NCBI RefSeq assembly: GCF_900105015.1
Contig: NZ_FNLK01000012.1
Span: forward strand, 210,001-242,000
From: Schaalia meyeri
GTDB lineage: Bacteria; Actinomycetota; Actinomycetes; Actinomycetales; Actinomycetaceae
Length of the DNA stretch: 32,000 bases
Direction: 5' to 3'
The notes beneath the pieces were generated by a model that saw only the letters and a program-made list of their open reading frames with translations, was not told the origin of the DNA and did not search any database. The translations under genes were made by a program, and so were the position numbers. Below are positions 24,769-32,000 of this stretch, in pieces (position 1 is the first letter of the stretch; each line of letters opens with the position of its first letter).

Positions 24769-27489
24769 CTAGTTGATGCGGCGGATACGCTTTTGGTGGT
24801 GGGGCGTCAACACGATGGCGACCAGCGCGCACAGGATGGGCATTCCAATCAGCATGCCCAGGAGCGCACCCCAGGGGACGACCGGCCACAGGGTGCCCAG
24901 CGTCGGGAAGATGCCCGAACGGGCCAGCGTTATGACGGCCAGGACGCCGACGATCAGACCCGACAGGACGGCAGTCGGGATCGCGTTGAGCGCGAGAACG
25001 ATGCCCTGCCACGTGGTGACATGCCGCCGCATCGCGGGGGCCGCTCCGATCGCGTCCAGCGTGTCCAGGTCCGGTCGCATGTCCGAGGCTGACAGGGTGA
25101 CGACCAACGCGACCGTTGCGCCCGCCGCCACGATCGCGATGATCGCCGCGACGTAGGGCAGGACCAGGGAGCGCATCGTGGGCACGATGACCTGCGCGGA
25201 TGCTCCGGGGACCTGACGGGCGATGGTTGCCTGGAAGGCCGGTGCCTCGATCGGCCCAACGGGCTTCTCGATGCTGACCAACTGGCCCAGTGGCAGTGAT
25301 TGCAGGCCGAGGAGGGAGGCAGCGGTCGGAGACAACACCATGACGTTGACGCGGGTGAGCGGCGAGGCTGCGAATTTTTGCGTCGTCATAACGTGGGCGT
25401 CCGGCAGCGCATCGTCGCTGGCTCCGGCCGCCTTCGCCTCCGCGATATCGGTCATGTCGAGGCTGCGCAGCTGCGCCTGCCCCGCGCCATCGATCAGTGT
25501 CGGGTCGGGCACCAGCACCCCTCCGGCGTTCAGCGTGGCGATCGCACGCACCATGTCGTCCCCGCTGAGGTAGCCCGCCTGGCGCAGGAAAGTACCGTCG
25601 TCGACCATGTAGGCGACGTCCAGCTCCGCCATGGTGCCCATGTCACGGGCCAGCGTAAAGGTCGAACCGTCGACGGGGGACACGGCCTCGACCATGCGCG
25701 TCGGACCGCCCGGACCGCTGTTCCACGCCATGCCGTTCAGCATGGCCTCGGAGGTGACCGTCCGCTCCCCGTCAACCGCGTCGTATGCCGCGCTCAGGAG
25801 CTCGCGTGAGCGCTTCACCGAGTCGGTCTTGTCGGTGGTCGAGATGAACACCTGCCCGCGTTGGCCCACGTGAGGGCGCGAGTTCCATCCGGCCTCGTTC
25901 GACGAGGACAGGGTGATCAGGAGCCCGCACGCGACGAACACCGTCGTCAGGATCGAGGCCATGGCCGGGAACGTGCGGTGCCCGTTACGCACGGCATCGC
26001 GCAGCGCGAGACGCATGCTCATGGACGCGCGGCGATTCGGTGCGCGCCAGCGAGTAAAGATGTAGGGGATCGAGCCGATGAGGCCGGCCTCGAGCAGCGC
26101 AACGCCCAGGACCAGGGCCAGGATGGAGCCAAGCCACGCGGCGAGCCCCACCAGCGGCAGGCCTGTCAGGAGCGCGATCGGATAGACCACGCGGCGGCGA
26201 ACCAGGCGGGACGGTTCCCACACGCGGCCGCCGATGATGGCCGACGTGTCGATGTGGGAGGAGGTGCGCGCTGGTGACACGGATGCAACGAGGGAGAGCA
26301 GGATCGGCAGCACCGCCGACAGGGCCAGCGGCCACCAGGGCACGATGCCGATCCCCAGGCCGGACCACACGCCGATCCACACCATCGCCACTGCCGAGAA
26401 AATCACGGAGAAGATCACAGAGTAGAAGCCGATGAGGGCTCCGTGCGCGATCGTCAGGCGGCGCCCGTCGGAGCGGTCCCCGCCGTTCGCGACGATCATT
26501 GCAGCCGTGCGCATGACGGAGCGCTGGGCCACCGTGTACAGGGGCGAGATGAGCAGGATCATCTCGGTGAGAATGAGCAGGATTCCCGCGACCAAGAGCA
26601 GGTACTGCCAGGGGCTGGCTCCTCGCGTGGTCTGGGGGATTTCGTACTGGGCGATCTGTGCGGACAGGGCCGAGGTGTCGGGCGGGCTGGCCAGCACCTC
26701 GCGCGAGAGCACCGAGAAACCGGAGGCATTGAGCTCGCGGATCTTCGCCCACGACACCGGGACGGCCCCCGTCACGTACCAGGCCGTCTGGGTCCGTCCG
26801 GCGACCGCCAGGCGATCGATGGCAAGGGTGCCGTCACCAATGATCGCGCGTCCCGTGCCGCCGATGATCGCGTCAATGACGACGCTGCCCGACAGGGTCT
26901 GAGTCGCACGTTCCTTTGCGACCGTGAGCGACAGGTTCAGCGCATCTCCCGCGGAAGCGTTCAAGGCGCGCGCAACATCGTCCGAGATGACGGCGTGATG
27001 CGCGGCGAGGGCGCCGTGTTTTCCGCCCGCCTCCACGCGCGGCGCGTCCAGGGAGGAGGTCTGAGTGCCAGAATCGACCGTGAAGCCCGTGCCGTCCGCG
27101 GTCGTCAGCCGCAGCTGATACAGGGTGTCGACCGCGATCAGCTGGTCGCCCGTCGGAACCCAGTCGGTGAGCGTCGCCATGGTGACGCTCACTTCCTCGT
27201 CCGACGCGGTTTTGGATAGCCGGTCGGCCGTGAAGTCCTGTTCAAGGGCCGTCGTTGATCGGTGCAGCGTCACCGCCTGGACGGCGGAATCGTGGCCCAG
27301 CCAGGACGAGGCCTGGTAACGCTGGGAGGTCGTTACGTCCCAGAAGGTGATGGAGGTGATCGCGATGATGATCGGCAGGGAGATAAGAAAGACGGCGGTG
27401 AGCGTTCGCCCCAAGCTTTGGCGCGCATCACGAGAGGCGATGCGGAGTACCACTCCCCATCGCCTCATCCGTGTGTTCAGTCGACTCAT
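24769..27489 (-). CDS. ABC transporter permease, double FtsX/MacB-type (906 aa)
   Basis: Two repeats, each an N-terminal TM, a large extracytoplasmic region and a 3-TM FtsX-like bundle. ATG 27489 overlaps the ATPase TGA as ATGA. Confidence 0.8.
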   Translation of the reverse strand: MSRLNTRMRRWGVVLRIASRDARQSLGRTLTAVFLISLPIIIAITSITFWDVTTSQRYQASSWLGHDSAVQAVTLHRSTTALEQDFTADRLSKTASDEEVSVTMATLTDWVPTGDQLIAVDTLYQLRLTTADGTGFTVDSGTQTSSLDAPRVEAGGKHGALAAHHAVISDDVARALNASAGDALNLSLTVAKERATQTLSGSVVIDAIIGGTGRAIIGDGTLAIDRLAVAGRTQTAWYVTGAVPVSWAKIRELNASGFSVLSREVLASPPDTSALSAQIAQYEIPQTTRGASPWQYLLLVAGILLILTEMILLISPLYTVAQRSVMRTAAMIVANGGDRSDGRRLTIAHGALIGFYSVIFSVIFSAVAMVWIGVWSGLGIGIVPWWPLALSAVLPILLSLVASVSPARTSSHIDTSAIIGGRVWEPSRLVRRRVVYPIALLTGLPLVGLAAWLGSILALVLGVALLEAGLIGSIPYIFTRWRAPNRRASMSMRLALRDAVRNGHRTFPAMASILTTVFVACGLLITLSSSNEAGWNSRPHVGQRGQVFISTTDKTDSVKRSRELLSAAYDAVDGERTVTSEAMLNGMAWNSGPGGPTRMVEAVSPVDGSTFTLARDMGTMAELDVAYMVDDGTFLRQAGYLSGDDMVRAIATLNAGGVLVPDPTLIDGAGQAQLRSLDMTDIAEAKAAGASDDALPDAHVMTTQKFAASPLTRVNVMVLSPTAASLLGLQSLPLGQLVSIEKPVGPIEAPAFQATIARQVPGASAQVIVPTMRSLVLPYVAAIIAIVAAGATVALVVTLSASDMRPDLDTLDAIGAAPAMRRHVTTWQGIVLALNAIPTAVLSGLIVGVLAVITLARSGIFPTLGTLWPVVPWGALLGMLIGMPILCALVAIVLTPHHQKRIRRIN

Positions 27490-28229
27490 CAGATCCTTGG
27501 TGCTGTGTCTGCCAGCAGGTCCCTCAGCGTGTCTCCGCGTGATCGATCAACGATGCGACCATCGCGCAGGAAGACGGTTCGGTCTGCCCATGCGGCCATT
27601 CGGGCCTCATGAGTCACGAGGATACCGGCTACACCGGCATCTATGTGATCACGCAACACCAACATGATCTGTTCGCCGGTGTGAGAATCGAGCGCTCCGG
27701 TCGGTTCGTCGGCAAGAATGACCGAGCGGTTACCCACGAGGCCCCGCGCGATGGCGATTCGCTGACGCTGGCCTCCCGATAGGCGCTCGGGGAAGCGGTT
27801 CGCGAGGTCGGCGACGCCGACCTCCTCGAGGGCAGCCATGGCGGCCTCGCGCACCTTTGCGGGACTCACACCGTCCAGCTGGAGCGGCATCTCGACGTTT
27901 TCGAGCGCCGACAGAGAAGGGATCAGATTGTAGTCCTGAAAGACGTAGCCGATCGAGCGACGACGCACCTCGGCGCGACGCGCCCCGTCCAGCGTGGCCA
28001 TGTCGATCCCGTTGATGCAGACGTTTCCGCGCGTCGGCCGCTCAAGCCCACCAGCGATCGACAGCAGCGTCGACTTACCGGATCCCGAAGGACCCATAAC
28101 AGCGAGAAGCTCGCCGGGTGCGACCTCAAGGTCGATCCCGTCGAGCGCTCTCACTCGGATGCCGTCGGCGCCGAACTCATGTCCCACGCCCGTCATCCTG
28201 ATCGGTAACGGAACAGGCTGGTACATCAC
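27489..28229 (-). CDS. ABC transporter ATP-binding protein (MacB/LolD-type)
   Basis: Walker A GPSGSGKSTLL, signature LSGGQRQRIAIARGL, Walker B ILADEPTGALD. Start is GTG 28229 or ATG 28226; both overlap the padR stop codon (sequence GTGATG). Confidence 0.9.
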   Translation of the reverse strand: MMYQPVPLPIRMTGVGHEFGADGIRVRALDGIDLEVAPGELLAVMGPSGSGKSTLLSIAGGLERPTRGNVCINGIDMATLDGARRAEVRRRSIGYVFQDYNLIPSLSALENVEMPLQLDGVSPAKVREAAMAALEEVGVADLANRFPERLSGGQRQRIAIARGLVGNRSVILADEPTGALDSHTGEQIMLVLRDHIDAGVAGILVTHEARMAAWADRTVFLRDGRIVDRSRGDTLRDLLADTAPRI

Positions 28230-28825
28230 ACCCCGGCGCGCTCCGCGACACCGACCTCAGCCCAATTCATCATGCGGCCCTTGGCGGCGGCGAAGGCTGC
28301 GCGTCGCGCGGCCTCAGAGACTGCCCCGGACTCGATGTGGTCAAGCCAGTTGAGTTCCGCCTCAAGGTCGAAAATGTGACGCTCGAGGATCAGCTTCCAC
28401 GCGAGCTCGCCCTCGTCGGCCGAGGCCTTCAGGCGGGTAACGTCGCGCAGAGACCCCAGGGTCGAGCGGCGCTGGGTCTGGATCATGGACTCGACATCAA
28501 CCGTAGGGTCAGCGGCGGCCACCGCGAGCTTCATGACCAGCTCGTCACGTTCGGGATGCTCACGCGGAACGGGGGTGGACCACCATGCGTTGAGGACCTC
28601 GCGACCAACATCGGTCAGCTCAAAGACCTCAGAATCGCGGCCCGCGTTGGTCTCGGCGTGGGACACCACCTGGCCGTCGCGCTCAAGGCGCTGCATCGTC
28701 TGGTAAACCTGGCCGATATTGAGCGGCCATGCCCCGCACGTCTGTTCCTCGAACATCTGCTTCAAGCGGTAGACACCCGCGGGCTGCTGAGCAACGAGTG
28801 CCAGCAGTGCATTGCGAACCGACAT
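28226..28825 (-). CDS. PadR family transcriptional regulator
   Basis: Winged-helix PadR N-terminus (MSVRNALLALVAQQPAGVYRLKQMFEE...IGQVYQTMQRLERDG) plus a C-terminal helical domain. ATG 28825 is preceded by GGAGAG. Confidence 0.8.
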   Translation of the reverse strand: MSVRNALLALVAQQPAGVYRLKQMFEEQTCGAWPLNIGQVYQTMQRLERDGQVVSHAETNAGRDSEVFELTDVGREVLNAWWSTPVPREHPERDELVMKLAVAAADPTVDVESMIQTQRRSTLGSLRDVTRLKASADEGELAWKLILERHIFDLEAELNWLDHIESGAVSEAARRAAFAAAKGRMMNWAEVGVAERAGV

Positions 28826-29320
28826 AACTCTCCGTTCGTTGTGTGCCGCGTAGGCGATCGTAGTTGAACGGTATCCATCGTACGCCAATTTCGTGGATGG
28901 AGTGGAGAATTCACGGTGGGCTACCTAACAAAATCCCTACCGAGTGGTTAGAAGGAGCCTCCTGCAATTTTGGGCCATACCGAGCCACATCGAGGATTAT
29001 TAACCCCTGAGAGGATTAAAGTTTCAACCGTATTGCAGACGGTCATGACTGTTCTTTCGGCAAGATTCCGACACTTTTCGCTCACCCGGTCAGAAGCTGC
29101 GTCAGATCCGAGACAACTCACCAAAAACTGCCCCAATCGACCCTGGAAACTCATTTGACCACCGAGACAAAACGAATAATATCACCCGATAGTCTCAAAT
29201 CCTGAGATTCGTGTCGCGTGTCTGCGGAGTTTCCGTGGCGCCTCGTCCATGGGCGAGCGAACAGGGCACGCCTCGACCCCACCCCGAGGCTACACTGGGG
29301 GCAACGAGGAGGATTCACCG

Positions 29321-30199
29321 ATGAACGTTCCTTTCCCCACCGGCGTCACCCGTACCCGACCCCCGGTGCCGACCGCCACCCTGCCGACGGGTACCCGCAT
29401 CCCCGTGGTGGGTTTCGGCACCTACAAGATCGCCCCCGAGGACGCCTACGACGCGGTGAGCCGAGCCCTCGATGTTGGATACCGGCACATCGACACCGCG
29501 CAGATGTACGGTAACGAGGCCGCCGTCGGGGCCGCGCTGGAGGCCTCCGGCATCGCGCGCGAGCAGCTCTTCATCACCACGAAGGTGGACAACTCGAACC
29601 ACGAACCCGAACGGGCGGCCGCATCCATCCGCCGGTCCCTGGAGGAACTGCGCACCAACTACGTGGATCTGTTGCTCGTGCATTGGCCGCTGCCGACGCT
29701 CTACGGGGGCGACGTCGCCCTGCCCTGGCCCGCGCTCGAGGAGGCGTTCGACGCGGGAGGCGCTCGCGCAATCGGCCTGTCCAACTACGAACGCGCCCAC
29801 GTTGAGGCGGTCCGCGCCACAGCCCGCATTGCCCCTCACGTGCTCCAGGTCGAGGCCCACCCCTTCCTCCCCAACGACGAGCTGCGCCGCTACGCCCAGG
29901 GGCTCGGCATGGTGTTCGAGGCCTGGTCCCCCCTGGCGCGCGGGCAAGCGATCACCGATCCGACGCTGGGCGAGATCGGCGCCGAGCTGGGGGTGACTCC
30001 CGCCCAGGTCGCGCTGCGCTGGGCCCTCGACCGAGGCCACGTCGTCTTCCCCAAGACGTTGGGCCGCGAGCGCATGGCCGCAAACATTGACGTATTTTCT
30101 TTCGCCCTGTCGCCCGGGCACAGAGCGCGTATCGACGCGCTCGACCGGGGCGAGGCCGGGCGCACCGGGTCTCACCCAACCACGATGGACCGACTCTAG
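29321..30199 (+). CDS. Aldo/keto reductase (DkgA-like), second copy in the window
   Basis: GFGTYKI, GYRHIDTAQMYGNE, FITTKV, VHWP, IGLSNY, VEAHPF motifs. ATG 29321 is preceded by GAGGAGGA. Confidence 0.85.
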   Translation: MNVPFPTGVTRTRPPVPTATLPTGTRIPVVGFGTYKIAPEDAYDAVSRALDVGYRHIDTAQMYGNEAAVGAALEASGIAREQLFITTKVDNSNHEPERAAASIRRSLEELRTNYVDLLLVHWPLPTLYGGDVALPWPALEEAFDAGGARAIGLSNYERAHVEAVRATARIAPHVLQVEAHPFLPNDELRRYAQGLGMVFEAWSPLARGQAITDPTLGEIGAELGVTPAQVALRWALDRGHVVFPKTLGRERMAANIDVFSFALSPGHRARIDALDRGEAGRTGSHPTTMDRL

Positions 30200-30218
30200 G
30201 GACGGGTACGATAAAGGA

Positions 30219-31538
30219 ATGGCTTCAAAGCTCTCGCGCGCCGACCGCGCCATCGTGCGCCTGGCCGACGGAACAGTCAAACAGCAGAATCTGCTCACCG
30301 GAACAGAGGTGTGGACCGTCCCCGGACGAGGCAATCGGCCGCTGGCTCCCCCCCGCACCGACCATAACCCCGTCGATCACGAAGCGGAAGGCCACCATTG
30401 CGCGTTCTGCTCGGCCCGCTATCTCGAGACGCCGCCGGAGAAGTCGCGCCTGGTGCGTCGAGACGATGGGACGTGGCAGCAGCTGGACGCGCTGGGTGCC
30501 GACCAGCTGAGCGACACGGTCGCGGAATTCCGGAGAATCCCCAACCTCTTCGAGATCGTGTCCTACGACTACTGGCACCTCAACCACGGGCATGTCCCCT
30601 CGGAGGAGGATCGTCACCGCATGGCGCGCTACCTGGCCTCGGACGTGGGCTACGAGCACGTCATGAGCGTCGTGCGCGCGCGTATGCTGGCATCCGGCAT
30701 GAGCGACGGCGAGTTCGCCGCGACCAGCGAGAGCGCGCGCCTGCAGTCCGCCAACGGGTTCTTCTCCGGCGGCCACGACCTGATCGTGGGCAGGCGCCAC
30801 TACGTGGACGGCGCGACCGAGGCACACGAGCTCGCAGGCTCGGGCACCCTTTCGCCCGAGGAGCACGCACAGTACACCGCGTACACGGCGCGCTCGATGC
30901 GCGACCTCTATGACCTAGACCCGGCGGTGCGCTACGTCGCGGCATTCCAGAACTGGCTGCGGCCCGCCGGGGCTTCCTTCGACCACCTGCACAAGCAGCT
31001 CGTCGCGATCGACGACCTGGCCGTCCAAACGGAAGCCGAACTCGAGCGCCTGCGCGCCCAGCCCGACATCTACGACCAGATTTTCACGGTCGCCGCCACA
31101 CGCAGGCTACTGATCGCCCAGAACGACCACGCCGTCGCCCTGGCCGGGTTTGGCCATCGTTTCCCGGGTATCGCGATCTGGCCGCTGGGCGCGCCCGCAA
31201 ATCCTTGGGAAGTCAGTGACCAGGCCATGGCCGGTATCTCCGACATCCTGCACGCCGCACACGCCGCGACGGGCGTGGAAGTGCCCGCCAACGAAGAGTG
31301 GTACCACCGCCCGCCGACAGTATCGACCCCCATGCGCTGGCGCATCCTGCTGAAGTGGCGCATTTCGACCCTGGCGGGGTTCGAGGGCGGCACGCGCATC
31401 TACCTGAACACGATCGACCCGTGGCAGGTCGTCGAACGGACGGTGCCGCGCCTGCTGGAGCTGCGCGATAAAGGCCAGATCGCCCCCATGCGCATTGGCG
31501 AGGAGTGCAAGGTGAACCCCGCGATGCTGCGCGAGTAG
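30219..31538 (+). CDS. GalT-like HIT-superfamily protein (DUF4921-type putative nucleotidyltransferase/phosphorylase)
   Basis: 439 aa with a zinc-knuckle-like EGHHCAFC near the N-terminus and an HxHxQ motif (FDHLHKQLV) like the GalT active site HPHGQ. Start at ATG 30219 lies 19 nt after the AKR stop. Family name is from memory, not a search. Confidence 0.6.
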   Translation: MASKLSRADRAIVRLADGTVKQQNLLTGTEVWTVPGRGNRPLAPPRTDHNPVDHEAEGHHCAFCSARYLETPPEKSRLVRRDDGTWQQLDALGADQLSDTVAEFRRIPNLFEIVSYDYWHLNHGHVPSEEDRHRMARYLASDVGYEHVMSVVRARMLASGMSDGEFAATSESARLQSANGFFSGGHDLIVGRRHYVDGATEAHELAGSGTLSPEEHAQYTAYTARSMRDLYDLDPAVRYVAAFQNWLRPAGASFDHLHKQLVAIDDLAVQTEAELERLRAQPDIYDQIFTVAATRRLLIAQNDHAVALAGFGHRFPGIAIWPLGAPANPWEVSDQAMAGISDILHAAHAATGVEVPANEEWYHRPPTVSTPMRWRILLKWRISTLAGFEGGTRIYLNTIDPWQVVERTVPRLLELRDKGQIAPMRIGEECKVNPAMLRE

Positions 31539-31583
31539 GATCTGGGTGGGGCGGCGGCACGGCCTTGGGGCCAGATTATTTCT

Positions 31584-32000
31584 TTATTTCTCTCCGGCTG
31601 AGGTGCCTCCCGCCCCCTGCTGGGGTTGCGTTGGAGCAGGCGAGGACAGGGCAGAGCTCCAGGTCGCCAGCCACGCGCTGAGCGCGTCCGGTGAGGCAAT
31701 CGTTTCGTCGGCCACGGCCGCTTCCCCCGTGATCCCCATGAGCCAGGCGGCCTTCGTGTCGGGCGCGAGCCCGCCGTCAATCGGGTAGGCGCTGCCCGTG
31801 GTGGCCAGGGAGCGCTGCGCGGTCTCGCCCTGGAGCCAGGCGATCAGGGATTCCGCGCCGTCGGACGCCGGAGAAGCCGTCGAAGCAGCGTACATGATGC
31901 GCGCGATGCACGTCGACGAGATCGGCGTGCCATAGGAGTCGGCGCCCGTGTTCGTTGCCGCGGCCGCCGCCAGGGAGCGCGGCGCGACAACCAGCGGATA
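31584..32000 (-). CDS. 3' part of an uncharacterised ORF that is open to the window edge (possibly a periplasmic-binding-protein-like C-terminus with a P/Q/G-rich tail)
   Basis: The reading frame has no stop from 32000 down to 31584. ...AESLIAWLQGETAQRSLATTG... resembles the C-terminal helices of solute-binding folds. This is weak evidence. Confidence 0.35.
   Translation of the reverse strand, partial: YPLVVAPRSLAAAAATNTGADSYGTPISSTCIARIMYAASTASPASDGAESLIAWLQGETAQRSLATTGSAYPIDGGLAPDTKAAWLMGITGEAAVADETIASPDALSAWLATWSSALSSPAPTQPQQGAGGTSAGEK

Noticed and set aside
28970-29158. 62-aa TTG-initiated ORF in the padR-reductase gap
   Set aside because: It has low third-position GC unlike genuine genes here, a rare start codon with a 12-nt SD spacing, and no recognisable motif.
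31539-31583. Terminator between the GalT-like gene and the convergent partial ORF
   Set aside because: Only short stems (ATCTGG...CCAGAT, GGCC-N4-GGCC) with long or irregular loops are present, which is not convincing enough to call.

Overview
High-GC (about two-thirds G+C) actinobacterial chromosomal segment. By inference only, the gene content and style fit an Actinomyces/Schaalia-like Actinomycetaceae genome. I found no rRNA, tRNA, CRISPR array, transposase or integrase.

Recognisable core genes:
- murT-gatD (lipid II isoglutaminyl synthase), minus strand.
- The HspR-controlled dnaK-grpE-dnaJ-hspR operon, minus strand, with two HAIR operators upstream of dnaK.
- A cytoplasmic GH29 alpha-L-fucosidase and an RlmC-like rRNA methyltransferase.
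- Two aldo/keto reductases, an M18 aminopeptidase, a NUDIX hydrolase and a YidE/YbjL-type transporter.
- A padR-ABC ATPase-FtsX permease-S4 block, and a GalT-like (DUF4921-type) HIT-superfamily protein.

The stand-out region is 20392-24222. It holds three tandem, strongly diverged copies of a translationally coupled two-gene module:
- Protein A has a DUF2510-type N-terminal motif, one TM helix and a charged helical tail.
- Protein B has one TM helix, a coiled-coil-like stretch and a four-cysteine, beta-rich ectodomain.
- The cassette period is 1341/1342 nt, and every A/B junction is AGGAGG-N7-GTGA.
- No enzymatic, regulatory or mobility domain is visible, and I cannot assign it to any characterised system.

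Other points worth a second look:
- An apparent 1-nt frameshift in a C5 run at the 3' end of grpE.
- A frameshifted MccF-like S66 peptidase inside a lower-GC islet that also carries VOC and GNAT genes.
- An extremely G/T-skewed noncoding tract with a duplicated 34-nt hairpin element.
- Two unusually long AT-richer noncoding gaps.
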